A stretch of DNA of 32,792 bases from Deltaproteobacteria bacterium (GCA_027025395.1 JALVQQ010000191.1:1-32792); one strand, 5' to 3'. Shown: positions 8,608 through 18,529, counted from the stretch's first letter. Numbers and translations: made by a program. Notes: generated by a model not told the origin, from the sequence alone.

Positions 8608-10374
8608 TCAGAACAGGCTCTTCTGGCGCTGTTTCATGGTGCTTTTACGCTGCCTTTTTTTTGCCACCGGGGTCATTTTGAGATCATCCGGAATCTTTTT
8701 AATGAATATTGAGGGCCGTCTTGACCGAACAGCACCGTTTACCCTGCATTTCCTGGGATATGTCAGGTAAAGCCTCTCGGAGGCCCGCGTAAGCCCCACA
8801 TAGAAGAGTCTTGCCTCCTCATCAACAGGGCTGCCCTTCCACGGAATCACCTCATCGTCACAGCCTGCTATAAACACCACCGGAAACTCGAGCCCCTTTG
8901 AGGCATGGAGGGACAGCAGGGACACCGCCTCGGTCCTGCTCCGAATGACATCGACCTCGTCCCTTAACAGCACCGCCAGGCTGTCAACCTCCGGATGGTG
9001 ACGGGCAGCCTCGATAAGCCCTGCAACTTCGGGCTGATCAATCTCAATATCCAGTGCTGACGCTATGCTTTTCAGAAGTTCCGGCAGCTCAAGCCCTGGA
9101 GCGGCAGCCTTCAGGTTGTTTCCTATGCGCACCCACCTGTCCCTGCGGCCTGGAAGACGGGACAGGTGATATTCCGCGCTCCGTCCTCTTACGGCTTCAT
9201 ACAGCCGCCATATATTCCTTAAGCTCTCCTGCTCCATAGGGTCCCGCTTGGCAGAAAGCTGATAAGGCACCCCCTCCTCAAAGAGCGCCCTGGCCACTTC
9301 CTCGCCAACGCGCCTGGTCCTGAAAAGCACGGCCACATCCGCAAGGCTCCTCATGATGTTCCCCTGTGCTGTTCCCGCATTCATGGAGTCAAAGCTGAGG
9401 CTCCCCACATTCCTTTCTATCTCATGGGCTATCCACCTCGCCTCGGCAACGGTATCCCTGTGGGGCTTGAATATGATCCGCCGTCCCGTCCCCCTGGCGG
9501 ACTTGAGCTCCGGAGCGCATTCCTGGCCGATCACTCTCCGGGCGGCATCAAGGAAAATCTGGGGGCACCTGTAGGCGCGGGAAAGGGTAACGGATTTTAC
9601 CTGGACGAAATCCTCTGCAAAACGGTTCATGAAAGCGGGACTTGCCCCCCTGAATCCATAAATGGCCTGATTGACGTCACCAATTACCGTCACCTGTCCG
9701 TCAGGAGGCATCATGGCCCTCAGCAACCGGTACTGCACGGGACTCACATCCTGGAACTCATCAACCAGCACAGCTGAAAAGGCCCTCCGGAATTCCTTGC
9801 GGCATTCCGCCCTTTCAAGGGCATGCACAGCCTCCACCATGAGATCATCAAAGTCCCATACGCCGTACTCCTTCTTGGCCGCCTGGTATGCCTGGAAAAC
9901 CGCCCTGAACTCCGGCATGTTTTCAGGCGCCCTGACAGGCCAGTACTGCCTGGCACGGGAAACCGCCTGAAAAACCGCACGGGGCTGGCCACGCAGACCG
10001 GATTTTTTCATTACTTCAGCCATAATGCCCACGGCATCGGCCTGACTTACGACATGTCTTTCCGCATTACATTCTTTCAGAAAGGATAGGGCCCAGCTGT
10101 GGAATGTTGCAACCTTGACCCTGTTTTCCGCATCCGGCCCGGCAAGTGCCCTTACGCGCCCTGATATTTCAGTGGCCGCCTGGTTGGTAAAGGTTATGGC
10201 AAGAAACCTTCCGTGAGCTTCCTTTTCAAGGAGCCAGGCAATGCGGCAGGTCAGCACCCGTGTTTTTCCCGTGCCGGGCCCGGCCTGCACAAGAAGCGGC
10301 CCCTTTCCGCTGGTAACGGCCTCCCGCTGGGCAGGGTTCAGGGCATCAAGAATGGAATTTTCAGAATTTGACAT
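8608..10374 (-). CDS. UvrD/Rep family ATP-dependent DNA helicase
   Basis: LNPAQREAV, Walker A AGPGTGKT, ITFTNQAA, VDEFQD, GDVNQAIYGFRGA, HASKGLEF and EEARLFYVGLTRA. Start likely ATG 10374. Confidence 0.93.
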   Translation of the reverse strand: MSNSENSILDALNPAQREAVTSGKGPLLVQAGPGTGKTRVLTCRIAWLLEKEAHGRFLAITFTNQAATEISGRVRALAGPDAENRVKVATFHSWALSFLKECNAERHVVSQADAVGIMAEVMKKSGLRGQPRAVFQAVSRARQYWPVRAPENMPEFRAVFQAYQAAKKEYGVWDFDDLMVEAVHALERAECRKEFRRAFSAVLVDEFQDVSPVQYRLLRAMMPPDGQVTVIGDVNQAIYGFRGASPAFMNRFAEDFVQVKSVTLSRAYRCPQIFLDAARRVIGQECAPELKSARGTGRRIIFKPHRDTVAEARWIAHEIERNVGSLSFDSMNAGTAQGNIMRSLADVAVLFRTRRVGEEVARALFEEGVPYQLSAKRDPMEQESLRNIWRLYEAVRGRSAEYHLSRLPGRRDRWVRIGNNLKAAAPGLELPELLKSIASALDIEIDQPEVAGLIEAARHHPEVDSLAVLLRDEVDVIRSRTEAVSLLSLHASKGLEFPVVFIAGCDDEVIPWKGSPVDEEARLFYVGLTRASERLYLTYPRKCRVNGAVRSRRPSIFIKKIPDDLKMTPVAKKRQRKSTMKQRQKSLF

Positions 10375-10551
10375 GACTTGACGGAAAATTGCCTGACAGA
10401 CAGGGGCTTTCTGCATGAATTTCCCCGGCATATCAAAGAGGGCGTCCCGTTCGGGCTGCGGTCATGACGCCGCTCATACGGGGTATTCACAACTTCTATG
10501 CAAGACCGCAGCATTCAGGAGGGTATCCCCTCAAACCAGCCTCTTGCAATC

Positions 10552-12273
10552 TTATGGCGCCTTGATCAGATGGCGCTTGATCTTGCGCGTGGAGGTTTTG
10601 GGAAGCTCCTCATTTATCAGATGAAACTCTTTTATCCGCTTGTATGATGCAATGGTGTTATTAACCGTTTTGACCTCCTGGCTGATCAGCTCCTCCACTT
10701 CACTCTCTGCCAGGGTCCTTCCGGGATAATATTCACCTATTACTTCATAGTCCGGCACTATCACGGCGCAGACATCCTCTCCGGCAGTGCCGGAACGGGG
10801 CCGACCGTATATCATGGACTCGAGGATGAAGGGCCGACGGTTGAGTTCAGCCTCGATCTCCTCGGGATATACATTTTTACCAGCGGCGGTAACTATAAGG
10901 TTCTTTGAACGGCCGCATACATGGACGTACCCATCCTCATCCACAAACCCCAGATCGCCAGTGGCGAGCCACCCGTCATCTATCACCTGGCCGGTCGCCT
11001 CCTGATCGTTCAGGTAACCCTTCATTACCATAGGCCCCCTGAAACACAGTTCACCTATGCCCTGGGAATCAGGCTGAAGCACTTTTACCTGCACGCCGGG
11101 AAGCGGCTTGCCAATGGTTTCGTTTCTGGGCGCGTCAGGGGGATTGATGGTGAGCACCGGACTGGCCTCCGTGAGACCGTATCCCTGGAGTATCAACATG
11201 CCCAGACGGTTGAAATCCCGGGATACGAACAGCGGAAGGGCCGCGCCTCCGGAGATGAAAAATTTGATGCTCCCAAGACCGGCCTTTCCCCTGAGAGAAC
11301 GGAACAGCACCTTGCCCAGATCTTTTTTCCCGGCCTTTTCTCCCAGCCTGACCAGTTTCATCATTGCCCTGAAGGCATGACGCCTTACAGGCGGAGCCTT
11401 TTCAACCGCCCTGAAAATACCCTCCACCATTTTCTGGAACAGCAGGGGCACCCCAAGCATTATGGTCGTGCCCGAGGACCTGATATCCTCCATGAGGTAT
11501 TTTGAACGCAGGCTCCGGGCATAGGTAACATGGGCACCTGTATAGATAGGCAGCAGAAATCCTGCCGTGCATTCAAAGGTATGATTCATCGGCAGCACGG
11601 ACAAAAAACGCTCTTCACCAATAGCAAGATAACCCGCGATGGCCCTTTCGCATGCAAGGACATCGGACACAAGATTGGAATGGGTGAGCATGACCCCCTT
11701 TGGGCTGCCGGTTGTGCCTGAAGTAAAGATTATGGCGGCAAGATCAGAGGATTCCACGTGAGGCAACCCCGGGCCGGCGGCCCCTTCCCCAGCAGCCCTT
11801 ATATCGTCAACGGACATCACCCCTTCCCTGGCCTGCTCCCGCGCGGCGGCCGGAACAAGTGAAAACATGAAATCAGGAAGAGGAAATCCCCTGGGACAAT
11901 CCTGAAGAATATCAATAAAGCGCGGATCGGCAAAGGCGAACCGGGCGCCCGCGCCGGCAAAGAGCTGGCGTATCTCGTTTTCGCTGAGCAGTGAGTCAAC
12001 CGGAACATTTACCCCGCCCGCCATGCTGACGGCCAGATAGGCCCTGCCCCACTCGGGGCTGTTTTTGCCAAGGATCACCACCCGGTCACCCGGCCTGAGC
12101 CCCAGGGCCACAAGCCCCCGGGCCAGCAGTTTCACATCATCCGCCAGTTCCCTGAAGGTGACGCTTCTCGGGATATCAAGTGCTGAATGGGCAGGACGGT
12201 CGCCGTAGGCCGCCCCGGCCTGCATCAGCAGTTCCGGGATGGTATTTCTGGCAAGAGCAGGTGCCTTCAACAT
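10552..12273 (-). CDS. fadD: Long-chain fatty-acid--CoA ligase (AMP-binding, FadD-like)
   Basis: IIFTSGTTGSPKGVMLTH, QGYGLTEASP, GWLATGDLG, GRSKNLIV...GKNVYPEEIE and PKTSTRKIKR; follows fadL. Confidence 0.88.
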   Translation of the reverse strand: MLKAPALARNTIPELLMQAGAAYGDRPAHSALDIPRSVTFRELADDVKLLARGLVALGLRPGDRVVILGKNSPEWGRAYLAVSMAGGVNVPVDSLLSENEIRQLFAGAGARFAFADPRFIDILQDCPRGFPLPDFMFSLVPAAAREQAREGVMSVDDIRAAGEGAAGPGLPHVESSDLAAIIFTSGTTGSPKGVMLTHSNLVSDVLACERAIAGYLAIGEERFLSVLPMNHTFECTAGFLLPIYTGAHVTYARSLRSKYLMEDIRSSGTTIMLGVPLLFQKMVEGIFRAVEKAPPVRRHAFRAMMKLVRLGEKAGKKDLGKVLFRSLRGKAGLGSIKFFISGGAALPLFVSRDFNRLGMLILQGYGLTEASPVLTINPPDAPRNETIGKPLPGVQVKVLQPDSQGIGELCFRGPMVMKGYLNDQEATGQVIDDGWLATGDLGFVDEDGYVHVCGRSKNLIVTAAGKNVYPEEIEAELNRRPFILESMIYGRPRSGTAGEDVCAVIVPDYEVIGEYYPGRTLAESEVEELISQEVKTVNNTIASYKRIKEFHLINEELPKTSTRKIKRHLIKAP

Positions 12274-12307
12274 GAATCTGCCTTTTGCCTCCTGTGGCCC
12301 GGCATGA

Positions 12308-13564
12308 TCAGAATGTCCAGCTGAATGATACGTTTGCTATATGGGCATCTCCCTTGTATGTGCCCTTAAGGGTGGGGGTCGCCTTCTTGCCGACCTTGGC
12401 GTCCTCAACAGCCACGTAGGAGTATGCGGCATCAATGGTCAGCCGGTTCCAGCTCCAGCCCACGCCGAAACCGAAGATATTGCGGTCATTGGTGGAGAGT
12501 GACGGATCCCTGAAATCATCATCAATGGGTGACTCATCCCATGCGTATGAAAGCCGGAATGTCCACTGATCGTTCAGATAATACTCAGCGCCCAGACGGA
12601 TACACCACACGTCATCCCAATCCTTTTCCACTTCCACAATGCCCTCCTGGCCGGTTCCGGGTTGCTTGTCATAATTGAATTTGAGGTTTTCATATGCTGA
12701 CCACTGGGTCCACTGCAACTCTCCGGAAAACCGGAAATTTTTCAGCACGGTTGTGGATACGGCGAGAGAAAGCGTTGCCGGCAGATCCATGGGGAGGGTT
12801 AAATCACTTTCCGGGAACTTGCCGTTCATAACCGCATCGTAAGGCGGAGGCAGTGCCGGAAGCTCATATTTTGCGTCTCCGTCTATCCTGGTGCTTACAT
12901 GTGAATGATATGTAATTCCAAAACTCCAGTCATCAAACGGAACTGCCATTGCGGAAAGGACATAACCTGCTCCCCAGTCATCCCCTTCAACATCGGTATA
13001 GACATCTCCAAGAGGGGTAGGGATAAACTTTCTCATCTCTGCATCCACGTACACCACCTGCAGGCCAGCCGAAACCGAAAGCCAGTCAAACAGCTTTCCG
13101 GAAACGGCAGGCGTTATGTATATGGTGGAAAGCTCCGTGTACTGTGCATAATAGCGCCCTTCCCAGTGGTTATCCCACTCTGTTGTGAGACCGTAGGGCG
13201 CATTGATGGAAAGAGAGGCCCCGAACCTGTCCATAAATGGCATTGCGCCATACATATAGGGTACAAGATAGGCTATATGCTTGAGATTGTGATCATCCTT
13301 GTCATTATCAAGCTCCATGGACGGAAAAATCAGGGCGCCTCCGGCAGTAACGGCCGGCCGGTCCAGAAGGGCCGCGCCGGCAGGGTTGAACCACGCACAC
13401 TCGGCCACATCATGCCTGGCGGACATTGCCGCGCTGTTACCCATCGCCTTGGCGGAAAGCTCATTAAAAAGCTGAAACCCGGCCGCCTGAACGCTGTACG
13501 CCCTGGCGCAGAAAATAATTACAGCAGCAAGCAAGCAAAAACTCCCGGTTCTTTTAAACATCAT
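12308..13564 (-). CDS. fadL: FadL/OmpP1/TodX family outer-membrane long-chain fatty acid/hydrocarbon transporter
   Basis: Signal peptide, then mature N-terminus AGFQLFNELSAKAMG, WFNPAG, APYGLTTEW and C-terminal SFSWTF. SD GGGAGG precedes ATG 13564. Confidence 0.9.
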   Translation of the reverse strand: MMFKRTGSFCLLAAVIIFCARAYSVQAAGFQLFNELSAKAMGNSAAMSARHDVAECAWFNPAGAALLDRPAVTAGGALIFPSMELDNDKDDHNLKHIAYLVPYMYGAMPFMDRFGASLSINAPYGLTTEWDNHWEGRYYAQYTELSTIYITPAVSGKLFDWLSVSAGLQVVYVDAEMRKFIPTPLGDVYTDVEGDDWGAGYVLSAMAVPFDDWSFGITYHSHVSTRIDGDAKYELPALPPPYDAVMNGKFPESDLTLPMDLPATLSLAVSTTVLKNFRFSGELQWTQWSAYENLKFNYDKQPGTGQEGIVEVEKDWDDVWCIRLGAEYYLNDQWTFRLSYAWDESPIDDDFRDPSLSTNDRNIFGFGVGWSWNRLTIDAAYSYVAVEDAKVGKKATPTLKGTYKGDAHIANVSFSWTF

Positions 13565-14078
13565 ACCCTCCCTAAGATATAAAATTTCAGGCAAATCTGG
13601 CCCGGCGACCTGGCTTGAGACCATGCCCCGAGGGCAATCCCAGGCAGCCTGCCATCCCCAATGCAATAATCATGGCTGGCGCTGCCCCGTGCTGAACAAC
13701 CTGCCCTGGCTGCGCCGCGCCTCTCAACACGCACAAAAGGGCTTCTCAACAAATCCGGGCATTTTCTGAATGTATCTGCCTCAAAGGCGCAACAGATACA
13801 GGCAGAATGCGCTACAGACATTTTTTTTGGCCTGTCTGCCTGCAAACGCCCTGGACGCTGTGGTTGACGGCGCTCCGGACGGTGACTTTTACATGCCGCC
13901 TGACCGAATTCATCAAGGAGCCAAATCTTCATATTTATAACACAGATTCTCATCAATTACAAAATTACTGGCCGGGATGCGTGCCGGTACAACTGAATAT
14001 AAACCACCTGAAAATCAACCGGAGACAACCGTCATTACAACCCTTACGCCGCGGGCGCGGAAACCTGGACATCAAAAC

Positions 14079-14104
14079 AAAAAAGGGGGCGTCAAGCCCC
14101 CTTT
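14079..14104 (-). terminator. Rho-independent terminator of the cytochrome-porin operon
   Basis: AAAGGGGGC-GTCAA-GCCCCCTTT hairpin; on the minus strand it is followed by a T-run, about 40 nt after the porin stop. Confidence 0.85.
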
Positions 14105-14145
14105 GATCCGGGCAGGAATCCCTGCCATACTGTTCTTACACCTTC

Positions 14146-16554
14146 CTAGAATGCATAGGTAAGGTAGCCCATTACAAACTGGGCGGTATTGCCCTCGTCA
14201 CCATAGACGTATGGATCATCATCGTCAAAATGGGTGAAGTAGTAGTTGAGGCCGATACCAACCCCGCTGTCCAGCATGTATGAAGTCCCTATTGAGAAGT
14301 CAATCTGCTGGTAATCAAGATTTGAATATTTGTCTATGCCATTGATGTACGCCACATCGTAGAGATAGGGCTGAAGGGGATTCTGCCCGGCGCTTGTCAT
14401 GGTATAGGCGTCCAGCTTTGCATCTCCGGTGGGATACATGCTGTCAAAATCGAGCTTGTCTATATCTCCACGTCCTATGGTCCAGCTGAAGTCAGTGGTG
14501 ATATTCCAGTTGGGAAGAATCTGGTATGCAATGTTTGCAACAAATGAATGGGCCTCGGTGTAGTAATCCATATCGGTCTTTTCCGAACCAAACTGGTCCG
14601 TTGTTATGAAGTTACCTCAGCCGTCGTAGATGGCTATACAGTATTGCGAATCGTAACTGTCATACATGTATGTATAGCCACCGGATATTGTGAGATTGCG
14701 GATTGGATTGGCCATGATATTCAGACCTGTCATAAGGAGGTTGTTGCTCCAGTCCCTGCCGTCAAGCTCACCGTTCTTTGAGTAGCGGTACTTGACATGG
14801 AAGCTGGTATTGAGCATCGACATTGCGTTCCAGTAGGTCCTGAACTTGACCTCGTATATCTGGTCAGGCCTGTTGGAACGATCACCTGTGCGCTTGTCGT
14901 AGATTGCCGGCCCGTAGGCGCGGTCAAGGTCATAGAAATCAGCTGCATTCGGCTTGCTTGCATACCTGCCATAGGAGCCGTCAGGTGTGCATGAGGCATT
15001 GTTGAGCCTGTATGCATCATCTATGAAGGCCATCTTGTAATCAAGGGCGAATTTGAGTCCGTGCATCAGATGATAATCCGCACCGAACTTGAACAGATGC
15101 TCCTTGGTGCTCTCGGGGACACTGTGTACGTCGTAATGATCCCTGTTTTCCTCTGCGAATTCGTACTCTCCCTTGATCTTGAGGTTACGCAGCACCCTCC
15201 AGGCGGCGTTTACACCCACCTTGAAGTTATTGCTGTCATAACCGGAGAGCCGCTCATACTCCGGCTCAATGTACTCTTCAACCGCTGCCGGATCCGCGCC
15301 ATGAGCAATGTATCCCTCGGCGAGGGTCATGGTGTCGCCGGACTTGGTATTGTTCCTGTTCTGGACCTTTTCAACATATACATCCGAGTTGTCCAGGGCC
15401 TGATACTTGCCAAAGATATTAACGGTAAGGCCTGGCATGACCCTGGCGGTAATCCTTCCGCCAAACGTATTGTCCTTGAGCTTGAGAGAATCATCATAGT
15501 TGCCAGTGAGCACATCATAGGCCCCGCGCGTGGATGTGTTCTTGTTATTTGAGTAGAGATAGAACGCATTCAGCGTGGTGTGCCCGTTAATGTCCCAACG
15601 GAACTTCGCATTGTGCTTGTTCCTGCGGTTTTCAGGGACCTCCGCATAGGGCAGGGGGCCGCTGGCGCTGTTGTACTGGACCCTGTTAAGGAAATCCTCT
15701 CCCACCTTGCCCTTGGTGTTGTTATAGAGATTCTCCATCTCTTGATCATCAGTATTGAACTCCCTGTGCATGAAGGAATAGTTGAACGCCATTGTGCCGA
15801 TACGCAGGTTGAGTTCCGGACCGAACTCGTTGTTGGTCTCCTTGATCTCCTTTGTGTCGGACACAATGTGACATGCGCGGCACTTGCTGTTGGTCATGGC
15901 CTGCCTGTCGCCTTTTCTCTGTTCAAACCTGTGATGCAGGGTCAGGTCAAACTCCGGCACGTTCGGGATATGGAACGCCACGGAATGTTTGAGCAGCTCC
16001 CTGCTGATGGCATACTGGTTTGTGGGGTCACGGTCGGTGTGGTAAACCGAGGCTGTGCCGATTGTATTCGCCCCTCCGGTGTTATAGGTAATGCCGGTTT
16101 CAGGATCGGTTCCTGTCCTCGGTTTCTGGCCCTTCGGCTTGTTTGTGCTGAACACATGCGCCTCGAGATTGTCAAGGCTCACATGGCCCAGCCTGTGATA
16201 CAGGCGGTTGTAGTCGGCCTTGTAAACCATGACCCTTCCGAGCGAGAGCATTCCCTCATAGTCCTGATCGTTGAGATCACGGTACAGGCCGTCAAAACTC
16301 AGATCAAGGACACCGCTGTTTACCCGGAGATCTCCCCCGAACACTCCTGTCCATCTCTTTGCTGCCAGGGCATTGTACTCAAGGCCGCCCTTTGAACCGC
16401 CTTCATCCGCATGGAGCCTGCCCTGGGCATTCCAGGTGGCGCCTGCCTTGAGGCTGCCTTCAAATACCTTTTCATCTTCCGCGGCGCATACAGAGGCCCC
16501 GATAACCGCAAGGGCCAGAACCGCCACTGTAATGAGAACTGAAATTCGTTTCAT
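14146..16554 (-). CDS. MtrB/PioB-like outer-membrane beta-barrel selenoprotein with CxxCH (802 aa, predicted Sec646; resembles the GSU2204-type CXXCH (seleno)protein family)
   Basis: ORFs 14617..16554 and 14146..14571 are in the same frame, separated only by TGA plus 15 sense codons. Signal peptide, amphipathic beta-strands on both sides of the TGA, CRACH at aa 225-229, YCIAIYDG-U, OMP-type C-terminus YLTYAF and a SECIS-like hairpin. Adjacent to a decaheme cytochrome. Confidence 0.88.
14575..14616 (-). promoter_or_regulatory. Bacterial SECIS-like element directly 3' of the in-frame UGA
   Basis: mRNA reads UGA GGUAACUUCAUAACAA CGGACCA-GUU-UGGUUCG GAAAAGACC: 7-bp upper stem (14600-14584), apical loop starting with G at nt 24 after the UGA, and possible lower pairing GGU/ACC and UUC/GAA. 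Confidence 0.78.
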
Positions 16555-16572
16555 CCGGTTTCCCTCCTTAAA

Positions 16573-17595
16573 CTATCGGGTAAGCCCATGTCCGCTCGTT
16601 ACGGTCTGGGATGGCATGTCAGAGCCATGTACCTGCTGGTGGCACTGGGTGCATTTTGTCATGAATGATTTCTGGAAACCAAACTCGGTGGGCTGGATCT
16701 TTCTGCCAGCCGCCTGCACCCTGGGCTGCCCCTTTGCAGGAATCGGAGACGCATCAACATTGTTTGACGCCCTTCCCGCATGGAAGTGGGCCTCATGACA
16801 CTGCAGACAGAGAAACGGCTCCTGCTGCTGCAGCAGATTGTTGGCCACCGTACCGTGCGGATCATGACACATCAGACAGTTTTCCACCACCGGATCATGT
16901 TCAAAGACAAATGGACCCTGATAACGGGTATGGCATGTGAGACACAGATCATTGAGGCGCTCGTCGGTACGGAGCATTCCCTCATCCATGCACTGGCTGC
17001 CGTGGGCATTGTGGCAGTCGGAACATGTCATCTTGCCCTCTTTTACCGGATGATGAGACATCAGATACATCTGCGCCATCACATCCTGGTGACACTGGGC
17101 GCAGAGTTTTGGCTCCTTCTCTTCGGCAAGCAGGTTCCTGTTTTTATTGCCGTGTATTTTATGGCACCTGGTGCAGGATACATCGTATTCCGCATGGGTG
17201 GAGCCAGGCCAGTTCATCTGGCCGCCAACGGTATGACACTGGGTGCATACACCTGCTATCTCCTCGGCCTCCATCTCATGGGAGCCGGGATTCAGTATCT
17301 TCTCTGTGTCTCCGTCATTATCCACATGAACCGAGCCAGGTCCGTGGCAACCCTCGCAGCCTGCATGATAACCGCCAGCCACTTCAAATGAAGCTATCTT
17401 CATATGGATATTATACTTGTCGTTAGCCATATCCTCATGGCAGTCCAGACATGTTTCACTCCCGACATAGGTAGCGCCAGGTGCTGCTTCCGGGGCCCTG
17501 ATAACGCTTGCCCTGTGCTCAAGAGGGTTATCCACCACCTGACAACCTGCAGCGAGAAACAGGCCCGCCGCCAGCATAATTAATTTTTTCAGCAT
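16573..17595 (-). CDS. DmsE/MtrA-family decaheme c-type cytochrome, lipoprotein
   Basis: Ten CxxCH motifs (CLDCH, CEGCH, CTQCH, CTRCH, CAQCH, CSDCH, CLTCH, CLMCH, CLQCH, CTQCH), MtrA-like GPFVFEHDPVVENC and HQQVHGSDMPS, lipobox LAAG-C and SD GGAGGG. Confidence 0.95.
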   Translation of the reverse strand: MLKKLIMLAAGLFLAAGCQVVDNPLEHRASVIRAPEAAPGATYVGSETCLDCHEDMANDKYNIHMKIASFEVAGGYHAGCEGCHGPGSVHVDNDGDTEKILNPGSHEMEAEEIAGVCTQCHTVGGQMNWPGSTHAEYDVSCTRCHKIHGNKNRNLLAEEKEPKLCAQCHQDVMAQMYLMSHHPVKEGKMTCSDCHNAHGSQCMDEGMLRTDERLNDLCLTCHTRYQGPFVFEHDPVVENCLMCHDPHGTVANNLLQQQEPFLCLQCHEAHFHAGRASNNVDASPIPAKGQPRVQAAGRKIQPTEFGFQKSFMTKCTQCHQQVHGSDMPSQTVTSGHGLTR

Positions 17596-18475
17596 TACAT
17601 CCCTCCGATTTCCCTAACCTTGAATTTACGTTGAGCATTTGTTCTTGACTTCAGCGTGCAGGGACAACTCCCTATTTTCAGTCATGAGGAGTCATGATCC
17701 CGTGCGGTTACTCCCTACAAAAGTCACTTTCGTTTCAGATAATCAGTCACCCCCTTTCACCCTGCCGGCCCGCAAGGCATGACCCGTCCTTCGGGAACAA
17801 GTACAAAGCGGTTACGGACCGGACACAAGTGCTGACAATTCTTGATTTCAGATTCCAGATGCCTATTGCGCCTGCCTGCCCCGCGCCCCGTTGCGGTATG
17901 CGTGGCAGCCGGCAAAGTGTTTCAAAATGAAATGCAAAAAATGAACCCGTTTTCATCATTTTTAAAAAAAATTATTCAAGAAAAACGTGCCGCGTTTCCG
18001 TATCGCAGTCATTAATCCCCAGGCAGCCTCCACGCCGAAATCAAGTTGTACATAAATATAATCAGTTATCACCATTAGTTACGACCCTGCACTGGCAACA
18101 ACATGATTTAAAAAATATTTTTTTATCAAATACAATAGGGCCCCATTATCATTACGGCGGATTTCGAGGGAAAAAGTGCCGCCATACACAACAACAAAAT
18201 GCCAATCCACCATTTTGCCGGCTTGGTTCTAAATTTTTTTTATGCCCTTGTGGCATGTCCCCCACCCTCAGCCATGACTGCCTGCCTTGACAGTTTGTGC
18301 GGTTGAAGCACAAGAACGACAAAAAAAATACACCGAATCGTCAAATTTCAGACGCATGCCCGATTGTGTTGCGGGACTCCGCTCCATTCATGCCCCGCCG
18401 GCACAACTGCATTCCGGCACCGTGCATGAGAGGCTTCAGGCTGCACATACACCCGCAACACCAGGGATTTTGATA

Positions 18476-18529
18476 TTGACTTGACCAGGACAGTTGGTAA
18501 TATTCTGAATGAATGTGCATTCATTTCAG
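18476..18529 (+). promoter_or_regulatory. Sigma70-type promoter with palindromic TetR/FadR operator
   Basis: TTGACT (18476)-16 nt-TAATAT with a TGn extension, followed by the perfect palindrome AATGAATG-TG-CATTCATT (18508-18525), similar to the Bacillus FadR box. Confidence 0.75.

Noticed and set aside
14146-14571. Separate 141-aa gene, or porin pseudogene with a nonsense mutation
   Set aside because: In frame with the upstream barrel, lacks a signal peptide and SD, supplies the terminal beta-signal and follows a SECIS-like hairpin; Sec read-through explains it better.
15580-17391. Long antisense ORFs (e.g. 15580..16395, 16780..17391; also 22469..23287, 29476..30168, 12905..13582)
   Set aside because: Shadows of strongly codon-biased genes on the opposite strand, with no recognisable motifs.
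17975-17992. Sigma54 promoter for the decaheme operon (CGGCACG-TTTTTC-TTGAA, minus strand)
   Set aside because: Spacing is 2 nt too long and there is no GC at -12.
17596-18000. c-di-GMP/cGAMP (GEMM) or Moco riboswitch upstream of the cytochrome
   Set aside because: Could not find the GGCAAA..GAAA..GACGCAAAGC or Moco consensus on the coding strand by eye; an Rfam scan is needed to exclude it fully.
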